From NCBI GenBank assembly GCA_040007355.1, contig JBDTVE010000251.1, forward strand, positions 30,820 to 94,819: 64,000 bases of DNA, given 5' to 3'. The position numbers and the translations under genes are program-made. The notes beneath the pieces are model-generated. The model saw only the letters and a list, made by a program, of their open reading frames with translations. It was not told the origin of the DNA and searched no databases. Numbering within the stretch: position 1 is the stretch's first letter; the number at the start of each line of letters is the position of its first letter. Of this stretch, positions 1 to 9,139 are shown piece by piece. Origin of the DNA: Bacteroidota bacterium (GTDB lineage: Bacteria > Bacteroidota > Bacteroidia > Chitinophagales > Chitinophagaceae).

Positions 1-81
1 GGCAACTATGGCCATTATTTTGGGGATCCGCTAAACGAAAAAGAAAGAAAAGCAGTTATTGAATACCTGAAAACATTATAA
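1..81 (+). CDS. 3' end of a CDS that starts upstream of the window (product not assignable)
   Basis: Frame 1 is open from nt 1 to TAA at 79-81 and reads GNYGHYFGDPLNEKERKAVIEYLKTL*. It is absent from the ORF track because it has no start in the window. Confidence 0.4.
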   Translation, partial: GNYGHYFGDPLNEKERKAVIEYLKTL

Positions 82-314
82 CAAGCATGAATGCCCAACC
101 GGCGAATCCGCACACATGCGCCCGCAGGAATGCGGACAGCAACAGTCGATAACAATCACAACACCCGTTTAACTAAACAACTTATTATCTGGACAAGCTT
201 TTATCTTCAACAGGGTATCGCGTTATAAAAGAATGGCTGGCTGCGCAGGGCCGGCAACCATTTGCGTTCCAGGAAGAAGCCTGGCAACATATCATACTTG
301 GTGAAAGTGGACTA

Positions 315-2762
315 GTGAATGCTCCAACAGGTTGTGGTAAAACTTTCTCTGTTTTTTTGGGTGCACTGATCCGTTATATTAACCAGCATCCGGACAACTA
401 TCAGCTAAAAACAAAAAACGGTCTACAGTTGCTGTGGATTACACCCCTGCGCGCGCTGGCAAAAGATATTGGCCGTGCCATGGAAGAAGTGGTAACGGGT
501 CTCGGTATGCAATGGAAGATTGGCATCCGCAATGGCGATACCGCGCCTGCCGAACGTGAAAAACAAAAAAGACAAATGCCGGAAGTGCTGATCATTACAC
601 CGGAAAGTTTGCACCTCTTGCTGGCACAAAAAGATTACTCCCTTCTATTTTCAACGCTCTCCACCCTTGCGGTAGATGAATGGCATGAACTGCTGGGCAG
701 CAAGCGCGGCGTGCAGGTGGAACTGGCGATCTCAAGGATAGTCGGGAGCCGGGAGTCTGGGATGTTCGGGAGTCCGGAGGCAGAATTGTACGCAAGGCTC
801 AAGACTACCAACTCAAGACTTTCTCTCTGGGGCATCTCCGCCACCATTGGCAATCTTGAACAGGCAAAAGAAGTATTACTTGCCCCCCTTTCCATTACGC
901 GGCGCGCAGCGGATACCGCTATCCCGGGTATTATTGTGCGCGCAGACATCCGGAAGAATATCGTCATTGAATCCGTTATCCCGGACGAAATGGAGAAATA
1001 CCCCTGGGCGGGTCACCTGGGTATAAAACTGGCAGAAAAACTAATACCCATCATTAACAAAAGTCGCACAACCCTCATCTTTATTAATACCAGGGGCATG
1101 AGCGAAATGTGGTACCAGACCCTGTTGAACATTGCGCCTGATTTGGCTGGCGCCATTGCGCTGCACCATGGCAGTATTGAACGTGAACTGCGCACCTGGG
1201 TGGAAGAAGCCCTGCATGCGGGTACTTTAAAGGCGGTGGTGTGTACGGCCAGCCTGGACCTCGGCGTGGATTTCCGGCCTGTGGAGACCGTTATACAGGT
1301 AGGATCGCCCAAGGGTGTGGCCAGGTTCCTGCAAAGAGCAGGCAGAAGCGGGCACCAGCCGGATGCCGTTAGCAAGATTTATTTCCTGCCCACGCACTCA
1401 CTGGAATTGGTAGAGGCGGCGGCCCTGAAAGAAGCCATCAAAGACAACCTGGTAGAAAGCCGTGAACCCATGTTGCTTTGTTTTGATGTGCTGACGCAAT
1501 ACCTCTGCACGCTGGCGGTGGGCGACGGGTTTATACCGGCGATCATTTACCCGGAAATAAAGGCCACGCATTGTTTTGCAGACATAACCGAAAAAGAATG
1601 GAACGATATATTATATTTTATTACGGCGGGCGGCAATGCACTGCAGCAATACGATGAATTTAAAAAAGTAATGGTGGTAGATGGTATTTACCGCATCACC
1701 GGGCGGCGAATGGCCATGCAGCATCGCCTGCACATTGGCACCATTGTAAGTGACGCCATGCTAAAAGTAAAATTTATGAGCGGTGGCTATATCGGGGTTA
1801 TCGAAGAATATTTTATATCGAGGCTGGACCCCGGCACCGTTTTTACGCTGGCAGGCAGGAGACTGGAACTGGTGATGATAAAAGATATGACGGTGATCGT
1901 TCGGAAATCCAATGCCACCAAATCCATTGTACCCAGCTGGAATGGCGGTCGTATGCCCCTCAGTGCCAACCTGGGTAGGAAATTACGGGAAAAGTTTAAT
2001 GAGGCATTTGAAAAAGATCGCCCGGCGCCCAGCGCAGGGCAACGTAAAAGAGACATTGAACTGGCAGTTTTACAGCCCTTATTTGATTTGCAGGAAAACT
2101 TGTCGCGGGTGCCGCGTGCCAGCGAGTTGCTCATAGAACAAATTGAAACAAAAGACGGCTTCCATCTTTTTGTATACCCATTTGAGGGCAGGTTGGTGCA
2201 CGAGGCCATGGCTGCCATACTGGCCTGGAGGATCAGTAAAATACTACCCATTACTTTTTCATTTGCCATGAATGATTATGGGTTTGAACTATTAAGTGAT
2301 CGGCCCATACCGGTAGACGATAGCAATGTGTACGAGCTTTTCAGCCCCGATAATTTACTGGCGGATATACAGCGCAGTGTTAACGCCACAGAAATGGCCA
2401 AAAGAAAATTCCGTGATATCGCCGTAATTGGCGGACTTATTTTCCAGGGCATGCCCGGCGAGCAAAAAAAAGCGCGGCATTTGCAGTCTTCTGCCTCGCT
2501 TTTGTTTAATGTGTTTCTTGAATATGATCCCAGCAATGTATTGCTGCAACAGGCTTACCGCGAAGTATTTGATCAGCAGATGGAAGAAGTGCGGTTGAGA
2601 AATATGCTGGAACGCATACAGCAGTCAACTATTGTTATTACGTTCCCCTCCCGGCTAACGCCTTTCTGCTTTCCTATTAAGGTAGACAGTATGCGGGAGA
2701 ACCTTTCTTCAGAAAAACTGGAAGACCGCGTAAAACGTATGCAGAAACAATTGGAAAAATAA
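315..2762 (+). CDS. Lhr-type DEXH-box helicase (ligase-associated DNA damage response helicase family). The true start is probably upstream of 315.
   Basis: SF2 motifs are present: APTGCGKT (motif I), DEWHEL (DExH), ISATIGN and QRAGRSGH (motif VI). It has the long Lhr-like C-terminal region and a pdeM-type gene lies downstream. Conserved sequence continues upstream to nt 177 without a canonical start (see findings). Confidence 0.85.
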   Translation: MNAPTGCGKTFSVFLGALIRYINQHPDNYQLKTKNGLQLLWITPLRALAKDIGRAMEEVVTGLGMQWKIGIRNGDTAPAEREKQKRQMPEVLIITPESLHLLLAQKDYSLLFSTLSTLAVDEWHELLGSKRGVQVELAISRIVGSRESGMFGSPEAELYARLKTTNSRLSLWGISATIGNLEQAKEVLLAPLSITRRAADTAIPGIIVRADIRKNIVIESVIPDEMEKYPWAGHLGIKLAEKLIPIINKSRTTLIFINTRGMSEMWYQTLLNIAPDLAGAIALHHGSIERELRTWVEEALHAGTLKAVVCTASLDLGVDFRPVETVIQVGSPKGVARFLQRAGRSGHQPDAVSKIYFLPTHSLELVEAAALKEAIKDNLVESREPMLLCFDVLTQYLCTLAVGDGFIPAIIYPEIKATHCFADITEKEWNDILYFITAGGNALQQYDEFKKVMVVDGIYRITGRRMAMQHRLHIGTIVSDAMLKVKFMSGGYIGVIEEYFISRLDPGTVFTLAGRRLELVMIKDMTVIVRKSNATKSIVPSWNGGRMPLSANLGRKLREKFNEAFEKDRPAPSAGQRKRDIELAVLQPLFDLQENLSRVPRASELLIEQIETKDGFHLFVYPFEGRLVHEAMAAILAWRISKILPITFSFAMNDYGFELLSDRPIPVDDSNVYELFSPDNLLADIQRSVNATEMAKRKFRDIAVIGGLIFQGMPGEQKKARHLQSSASLLFNVFLEYDPSNVLLQQAYREVFDQQMEEVRLRNMLERIQQSTIVITFPSRLTPFCFPIKVDSMRENLSSEKLEDRVKRMQKQLEK

Positions 2763-2788
2763 AAAGCAGACCCTACGATCTGCTTTTT
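2761..2788. terminator. Bidirectional rho-independent terminator hairpin between convergent genes
   Basis: A perfect 10-bp stem pairs AAAAAGCAGA (2761-2770) with TCTGCTTTTT (2779-2788) around an 8-nt loop. It has A/T runs on both sides and sits between the helicase stop (2760-2762) and the minus-strand stop (2793-2795). Confidence 0.6.
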
Positions 2789-2792
2789 CCAA

Positions 2793-3311
2793 TTATTCAA
2801 CAGTTAAATATTTTCGCTGGCCCGTATACAATAAAATAAAAAGCAGCACAATACATATCGAGATAATGCCGACAATACCGCTGAGCCAACCCAATCCAAT
2901 AAAAATGACGTTTGCGATCAGCGGTAATAATTCGCCCGCTACATACATATAATATCCCTGCATTTTCCGTTTACGCATTTGTATAGCGCCATATAAACAC
3001 AAAACAATGCCGATAAGCATTATTAATGTAATGGGAACACGGTTTTCATAAGTTTTCCTGGCTGCTTCAAGCGCTTCCGGCGTCAGAAACTTTTTTGCTA
3101 TCGACGGCATGTTTTCATAATTGGGGCTGTTGATAGCCGCTTCCATTTTATCTACCCCGCTCTTAGCATTAAAAAAATTCCACACGCTGCCAAGAAAACC
3201 AATACCACATCCAATAAAAGTAAGAATGGTGAGAACATTGATACCACTGGGAACGGTTGTCTTCTCGGCATCCACCGGCAAAAACTCACTGGGTTGATTT
3301 AAATCTGACAT
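2793..3311 (-). CDS. hypothetical integral membrane protein (about 4 hydrophobic helices)
   Basis: 172-aa ORF with hydrophobic segments VLTILTFIGCGIGFLGSVW, ITLIMLIGIVLCLYGAI, LLPLIANVIFIGLGWL and GIISICIVLLFILLY. I recognise no family. Confidence 0.6.
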   Translation of the reverse strand: MSDLNQPSEFLPVDAEKTTVPSGINVLTILTFIGCGIGFLGSVWNFFNAKSGVDKMEAAINSPNYENMPSIAKKFLTPEALEAARKTYENRVPITLIMLIGIVLCLYGAIQMRKRKMQGYYMYVAGELLPLIANVIFIGLGWLSGIVGIISICIVLLFILLYTGQRKYLTVE

Positions 3312-3427
3312 AGTAGTTTTGTTTTTGGTTGATAAAATTTTAGTGTGCTAAAATTAAACAAGCCTGTGGAATAAAAAAATAACGTTACCCCATTGCCATG
3401 CCCTAGTTTTGCACACTTTATTAGCCT

Positions 3428-4090
3428 ATGGGTGCGCCATTTCATTATAAATTGAAGCAGCATAACTGCTGGCTTTTACCGGAACGCATGATCTACTGGG
3501 AAGAAGAAAAAACCCTGATTGTGTCGGATCTCCATTTTGGCAAAACCGGCCATTTCCGTAAAGCGGGCATTGCCGTGCCTGCTTCGGTATATAAAGAAGA
3601 TATGCAGCGGCTGATGAGCCAACTGCAATATTTTCAGCCCCGGCACCTGGTTATTGTGGGCGACATGTTCCACAGCAGCGCCAACAAGGAGCTGGAGTTT
3701 TTCATAAAATGGCGAAACGATTTTCCCCATATAGACTTTCAACTGGTGAAAGGTAATCACGATATATTAGACCCGCAATGGTACCGGGAAGCAGGTATCG
3801 TTATTGTCAATGAAGAAATGACCATACATGATTTTTCGTTTGTGCATGATATTAAAAGAACCGGAAGTGCCGCATTACCCGCTGGCAATTATATTTTTTC
3901 CGGACATATCCATCCCGGGATCCGGGTCAGCGGGGGCGGCCGGCAAACCCTGGCATTCCCCTGTTTTTATTTTACGACTTCGTATTGCGTTTTGCCGGCA
4001 TTCAGCCGGTTTACGGGGCTGGCAATGGTAAGGCCAAAGGAGGAAGACCAGGTGTTTGCCATCGTTAACCAGTCGATCATAGCATTATAA
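3428..4090 (+). CDS. pdeM: ligase-associated DNA damage response metallophosphoesterase PdeM
   Basis: The N-terminus LLPERMIYWEEEKTLIVSDLHFGK..., then VIVGDMFHS and GNHD, are calcineurin-like phosphoesterase motifs. Length is about 220 aa and it is on the same strand downstream of the Lhr-type helicase. Confidence 0.8.
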   Translation: MGAPFHYKLKQHNCWLLPERMIYWEEEKTLIVSDLHFGKTGHFRKAGIAVPASVYKEDMQRLMSQLQYFQPRHLVIVGDMFHSSANKELEFFIKWRNDFPHIDFQLVKGNHDILDPQWYREAGIVIVNEEMTIHDFSFVHDIKRTGSAALPAGNYIFSGHIHPGIRVSGGGRQTLAFPCFYFTTSYCVLPAFSRFTGLAMVRPKEEDQVFAIVNQSIIAL

Positions 4091-4231
4091 TGCTGAAAAT
4101 TGGCCATCACCCATTTATGCAGCATCAGCTGCTGGAAGGGCATCGTTTTCCCATGATCAAATACGAACTGATAGCGGAGCAATTGCTGTACGAAGGAAGT
4201 ATTGGCCCGACTAACTTATTCATGCCAAAAA

Positions 4232-6736
4232 TTACGGAACACTGTTAAAACCTCGTGCGAGACCGGTTTTCAGATCCTGGTAATTTAGAAAATAGATAAA
4301 CCGTAGCGTTACTTCATTGCCATGCGGCTGGCTAAACAGGCTGCCCAGGTTTTTTGTATACAACCTGTTTCGGGTACCATCCAGCGCATTCAGGTAATCG
4401 TTACCCAGCCAGTTTTTATATCCCAGGATGATCTTGCTGCCCAAACTGAAATCCCAGGTATAAAAAACATCCAGATTGAAAATATTGTAGTTGGCATTGT
4501 AGTCGGACGGTTTCATATCAAACCTTTCTGTCCAGTAACCATCGGGGTTAGAATAATACAGGTTTGTATTCTCCAGCTTATTCCAATAATGCCTTGCCCT
4601 GAAAGTCAGATTCATGCGCGATGTGAAATTGTAAGTTCCGCTAAGGATAGACGTTACATCGGTAAATTTCCGGCGGGAAAGAACGGGTTGGGAAGCATTG
4701 TCGAAAATAAATGATCTGCCGTTGTTGGCAAGCCCCCATTGGCCATTGTCGTGCCGCCGCCGAACAGAGGCCTCCACTGTCAATTTATCACTAAACCGGT
4801 AGCGTGCGCCCAGGGTTACGGAGTTATAGGGATCATTGGGCAGCGGGCCTTCGGCAAAACCTATGTTCCAGCTTACAAAAAATTTTTTCCGGCTATCGCT
4901 GCTGCCGCTGGCAAAGGCGGAGTAATAAGGCGATCGCTTTAACATTTTTCCAGGTGTTTGTAATTCAAAATAGTCGTTGTACCAGAATGGCTGAATGGGC
5001 AGGCTGATGGTGAGGTCCCAGAAATTATTGAATATCCAGAATACCGATGGTTTAAATTCTGTGGCCTGGTAGCCAAAAGGTTTATACAAATAAGATTGCA
5101 GCGCTGTAAACGCATAACGTTGGTTCAGAAAGGTATTGGTGCCCTGGAAGATATTGTAGCTAAGTTCTCCCACCGTGATTACTTCATTGGCTACCTGTAA
5201 ATAGCCCAGGTCGTTGGGATCATATTTGTCGGATTCAATATTGTTATTTACAAACCACTGCCATTTACCGCTTACCTTTCCAAACTGGGTTTCATTACTG
5301 AATCCATCATATCCGCCATTGCCAAATATCTTACTGTAACGCGGTTTCACACTCAGGTTGTAGGTATTGTATTTATCGTAGAGCACCACATCCAGCGCGG
5401 TTGTATTGGCATCATTGGCATTACCGTTGCGTATGGTATTGGTGTTTGTAAATGTAATGGAAGAACGGTTTTTCAGCGCCTGGTCCAGCACAATAACATT
5501 GTAATTGGCAAGCGCTTCAGTAGTGATCATAGAATCTTTGCCGGTAGTTATATTGTGGATTTGCGCATGTACGGCTTCAGTGACAGCATTAAAAATGCCA
5601 ATACCCAGGTTATGCTTGTTGCGACCGGAAAATTTTATTGCATTGTATAGTCGGGTTACATCGGGATTTTTTACGACTCGGTAATTGGCGCTGGTGTCAG
5701 TAAAATTCTTTACTTTATAATAACCGGTAGGCGTTCTACCAACGCGGCGACTGTAAAAAATACCTGCCTTATTAAACAGCTCCGTTCCCTCGGTAAAAAA
5801 GGGCCTGTTCTCTTTAAACTGCTGCTCAAAAGGGGTAATATTATTGACCACGTTATCGGAAATGACCTGTCCAAAATCGGGTATCAGGGTGGCATCCAGT
5901 GTAAAGCTTTCATTGAGGCCGTATTTTACATCCAAGCCACCGCTTTTCAACCATTCATTGCTGTACCCGGTCTTTTGCCCGGGTGTGCTCCTGAACCCCC
6001 CGCTTACATAGGGCGAGAAGCTTAACCGAAGGGGGGGCGCCAGTTGCCGCAGTCCTTTCAGGTAACCAAACTGATTTACAAAGCCGTTGTTATTGGGGTT
6101 GACTTCATTCCAGAAGGCCGCTTCGTTATCATGACGACTAAAACGCAGGAAATTGATGCCCCAGTCCTGTATATTGGTTTTGGCGAACCGTAAGGAAAAA
6201 TAAGGGATTTTCAACTCTACCGTCCAGCCGTCTTTTTGCATTTCCACTTTGCTTTCCCAAACGGCGTCCCAGCTTAGATCGCCATAAATACCAAAATCCG
6301 GTTTGGCAGCGGATGATATTCTTGCATCTGTTTGCACGTTACGGGTTGTAACCAGAAACTGGTAGGCATTCTGGCGATCGCCATAGGTATCAATAAAAAC
6401 CGAAAAATAGTCAACATCGGCCCTATTTTCATTGTCGCGTGTGGTAAATTGCTTTCTAATTGCGGTGGGCGTTTCGTAGAGATAAGCGCCGATATAAATC
6501 GCCGCATCATCATATAATACTTTTACGGTTGTTTTAACCTTTGAAGACTTGCCAAAAACGGGAGTATTGGTTATAAAACCCACCGCTTCCGGAACATCTT
6601 TCCAGACACTGTCTGTCAGTGAGCCATCTATCCGCGGGGGGGCGGGTGTTTTAATAGCCTGCAGGCTTTTGTGCTGTGCGTAGGCTGTAAAGCCCAAGAC
6701 ACAAAAAAGCAGCGCCGGTAAGATAGATAGTCTCAT
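4232..6736 (-). CDS. DUF5916 / carbohydrate-binding family 9-like outer-membrane-associated protein
   Basis: Signal peptide MRLSILPALLFCVLGFTAYAQ, then the CBM9-like start PPRIDGSLTDSVWKDVPEAVGF...VLYDDAAIYIGAYLYE. The long beta-rich remainder is typical of DUF5916 proteins (recalled family pattern). Confidence 0.7.
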   Translation of the reverse strand: MRLSILPALLFCVLGFTAYAQHKSLQAIKTPAPPRIDGSLTDSVWKDVPEAVGFITNTPVFGKSSKVKTTVKVLYDDAAIYIGAYLYETPTAIRKQFTTRDNENRADVDYFSVFIDTYGDRQNAYQFLVTTRNVQTDARISSAAKPDFGIYGDLSWDAVWESKVEMQKDGWTVELKIPYFSLRFAKTNIQDWGINFLRFSRHDNEAAFWNEVNPNNNGFVNQFGYLKGLRQLAPPLRLSFSPYVSGGFRSTPGQKTGYSNEWLKSGGLDVKYGLNESFTLDATLIPDFGQVISDNVVNNITPFEQQFKENRPFFTEGTELFNKAGIFYSRRVGRTPTGYYKVKNFTDTSANYRVVKNPDVTRLYNAIKFSGRNKHNLGIGIFNAVTEAVHAQIHNITTGKDSMITTEALANYNVIVLDQALKNRSSITFTNTNTIRNGNANDANTTALDVVLYDKYNTYNLSVKPRYSKIFGNGGYDGFSNETQFGKVSGKWQWFVNNNIESDKYDPNDLGYLQVANEVITVGELSYNIFQGTNTFLNQRYAFTALQSYLYKPFGYQATEFKPSVFWIFNNFWDLTISLPIQPFWYNDYFELQTPGKMLKRSPYYSAFASGSSDSRKKFFVSWNIGFAEGPLPNDPYNSVTLGARYRFSDKLTVEASVRRRHDNGQWGLANNGRSFIFDNASQPVLSRRKFTDVTSILSGTYNFTSRMNLTFRARHYWNKLENTNLYYSNPDGYWTERFDMKPSDYNANYNIFNLDVFYTWDFSLGSKIILGYKNWLGNDYLNALDGTRNRLYTKNLGSLFSQPHGNEVTLRFIYFLNYQDLKTGLARGFNSVP

Positions 6737-7118
6737 GATTGGTTATCGTGCCAAAAATAACAGAAAAACGGCAGCCTCTTTTCAAATTAAAGCACAAATA
6801 CCCAGGCTAATGGTTTATACTTAATTTCAAAAAGTACCTGGTAGCTAACCCCTTCATTTAAAACTAGTGAATTTTGGGAATTGGCTAGCATGCCTAACAG
6901 AACTTTGTTGCGGGCGCAGCCATCATCGTTTCAGGTGCAATGCTATTTGATTACGGCGGATAGTAGCAGGAGGCGCTTGAACATAAATGGTTCTGCTCGT
7001 CGCGCACCAGAATATTTGTCAGTAACCCCGGCATTTATCACTTTTGGCGCCCCGGCATCAACCTGTATTAGTACTAGCCCCTGGCCAATCAGGCCTGGGC
7101 AGCCAGTAAAAAGACCCA

Positions 7119-7868
7119 TTAATTCATCCGTTTTTTTAACGTACTAACCTGGTCCTGCAGGTTGGTAACCAGGTTGGCGAGTTGGTTCACATCCCAGCGG
7201 TTTTGCTGGCTTGCCTTGGTAATCACCATCTGTGCCTGCCATAATTCCAGCACGTCTTCCGCTTCCACATGGTAAGGCTGGTAAGAGGGATTGTCGCTTA
7301 CCAGCGTAAGCTTGCTTTTGGAACGGCCGTTTTTTACGATCCGTTTGTACACGATGCCCTCCTGTCTTGATATTACAATATAGGTATTGCTGCTTTTTAC
7401 ATGCTCCAGGCTTTCAACTTTTTCTCCCACTATTACCGAACCGCTGGGCGTTGGTAGCATAGAATCACCAATTATTTCAAATGCACGGTAGGTACCGGGT
7501 GCCAGCATGGGCAGGGTAAAAGTATTCAGCTCATCAACAAATTCAGGGTCTGCATAGCCCGCCAGGTAACCTGCTGCGGCCTTAACCGGAACAAATTGTA
7601 TATCAGCGGTTCCGGACGCCAGCTTGGAGGCCCGTCGCCTGGCCAGGAAATTACTCTTTGTATCCCCCAGGTCTTTCAGCAGGAGATCATCCAGCGAAAG
7701 TTTGAAAATATTACCGATATTTTCCAGCACCTCAATTCTGGGCTCGGCCCTTTCTTCTTCGTAGGCGCCCAGCAGCGACCGCTTGATCTTTAATTTATTG
7801 GCAAATTCTTCCTGTGTCCAGCCACGCAGGCGACGGAGATAGCGTAAATTTTTTCCGGCGAATGTCAT
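7119..7868 (-). CDS. XRE-family HTH plus peptidase S24 (LexA/CI-like) transcriptional regulator
   Basis: N-terminal HTH LRYLRRLRGWTQEEFANKL and C-terminal S24 signature EIIGDSMLPT ... IVYKRIV (Ser/Lys dyad context). Confidence 0.8.
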   Translation of the reverse strand: MTFAGKNLRYLRRLRGWTQEEFANKLKIKRSLLGAYEEERAEPRIEVLENIGNIFKLSLDDLLLKDLGDTKSNFLARRRASKLASGTADIQFVPVKAAAGYLAGYADPEFVDELNTFTLPMLAPGTYRAFEIIGDSMLPTPSGSVIVGEKVESLEHVKSSNTYIVISRQEGIVYKRIVKNGRSKSKLTLVSDNPSYQPYHVEAEDVLELWQAQMVITKASQQNRWDVNQLANLVTNLQDQVSTLKKRMN

Positions 7869-8045
7869 AACTAATTAATTTAGTGCTAAAATACTAATTT
7901 TTTTGACAAAACAAATTTTTTTTGAGTGAAAACCATATGCGCCTGATCGGCATGCCGCCGTTATCAGCACCGTTCATGTATCTACGGCCGCTACCAATCT
8001 TATACCTGTTTCTTATGGCTTTTAAATTCTTCATAGCTTTGGAGC

Positions 8046-8840
8046 ATGGCCAAAGCAAGCAAAAAGAAAAAAGAGCTGCCTGTTATACTTATTACGAACG
8101 ACGATGGGGTGACGGCTCCAGGCATCCGAAACCTGGCGGAAGCGGTAAAAGACCTGGGTAAGATTGTGGTAGTAGCCCCCGACAAACCCCAGAGTGGTAT
8201 GGGACATGCCATTACCATTGGACAGCCATTGCGTTTGCACCCCGTTCAGTTTCTGGATGGCGTAGAGGCGTACGGATGCAGTGGTACGCCGGTCGATTGC
8301 GTAAAACTGGCCGTGGATAAAGTGCTTCACCGCAAACCGGATATCTGCCTGAGCGGCATTAATCATGGCGCCAATCATTCCATCAATGTTATTTACAGCG
8401 GCACCATGAGTGCAGCGGTTGAGGCCGCTATTGAAAGCATTCCGTCCATTGGTTTTTCTCTGCTGGATTACAGCATTGAAGCAGATTTTACCGCTGCCCG
8501 CAAATATGTACGCATACTGACCGAGAAAATGTTGCGGAGCGCCCCCGAAAAACACATGATCCTGAATGTAAACATACCGTCTGTGGCGGAAGAATTGATA
8601 AACGGAATAAAGATATGTCGCCAGGCTTATGCAAAATACGACGAAGATTTTATAGAACGCAATGACCCCAATAACCGCAAATACTACTGGCTTACCGGGG
8701 AGTTTAAAAATATGGACAAAGGGCGCGATACCGATGTGTGGGCGCTGGAAAATAATTATGTTAGCGTGGTGCCCGTACAATTTGATTTAACCAATTACGT
8801 TTTAAAAACTAAATTGGAAAAAAAATGGAAGCTGTCGTAA
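8046..8840 (+). CDS. surE: 5'/3'-nucleotidase SurE
   Basis: VILITNDDGVTAPGIRNLAEA, GINHGAN and YSGTMSAA are SurE signatures. Length 264 aa. Confidence 0.9.
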   Translation: MAKASKKKKELPVILITNDDGVTAPGIRNLAEAVKDLGKIVVVAPDKPQSGMGHAITIGQPLRLHPVQFLDGVEAYGCSGTPVDCVKLAVDKVLHRKPDICLSGINHGANHSINVIYSGTMSAAVEAAIESIPSIGFSLLDYSIEADFTAARKYVRILTEKMLRSAPEKHMILNVNIPSVAEELINGIKICRQAYAKYDEDFIERNDPNNRKYYWLTGEFKNMDKGRDTDVWALENNYVSVVPVQFDLTNYVLKTKLEKKWKLS

Positions 8841-9139
8841 TGCTCAAAAAAGACAATATACGGTTTGGTCTGGTACTGGGCTTCCTGGGCCCCCTCCTGG
8901 GAATGCTGATGTATTACTTTGTCGCTTTTTATCGGCACAACGTAAGTTTTACCGAGTTCCTGGGATACCTGCGCCAATACAAAACGCTGCTGACGGCCGT
9001 GAGCAGCATATCCCTGGTGGCCAACGCGGTGCTTTTTACTTTTTATGTAAATGCCCGGAAAGACCAAACAATCAAAGGCATTTTCCTTGCTACCCTTATT
9101 TATGGCATCGGCGTATTGCTTATCAAAGTAGTCGGGTAA
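8825..9139 (+). CDS. small hypothetical membrane protein (likely real start ATG 8840, overlapping the surE stop as TAATG)
   Basis: Three hydrophobic helices (GLVLGFLGPLLGMLMYYFVAF, LLTAVSSISLVANAVLFTFYV, IFLATLIYGIGVLLI). The stop/start overlap suggests translational coupling to surE. Confidence 0.55.
   Translation: MEAVVMLKKDNIRFGLVLGFLGPLLGMLMYYFVAFYRHNVSFTEFLGYLRQYKTLLTAVSSISLVANAVLFTFYVNARKDQTIKGIFLATLIYGIGVLLIKVVG

Noticed and set aside
6881-7147. 88-aa plus-strand ORF in the 380-nt gap between the DUF5916 and S24-regulator genes
   Set aside because: It has Pro/Ser/Arg-rich composition, no motif, and overlaps the regulator's 3' end. Minus-strand reading gives only very short ORFs such as MFKRLLLLSAVIK*. 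I treat the gap as intergenic or decayed sequence.
8031-8780. 249-aa minus-strand ORF almost co-extensive with surE
   Set aside because: It is fully antisense to a gene with clear SurE motifs. Its translation has no recognisable motif, so it is a shadow ORF.
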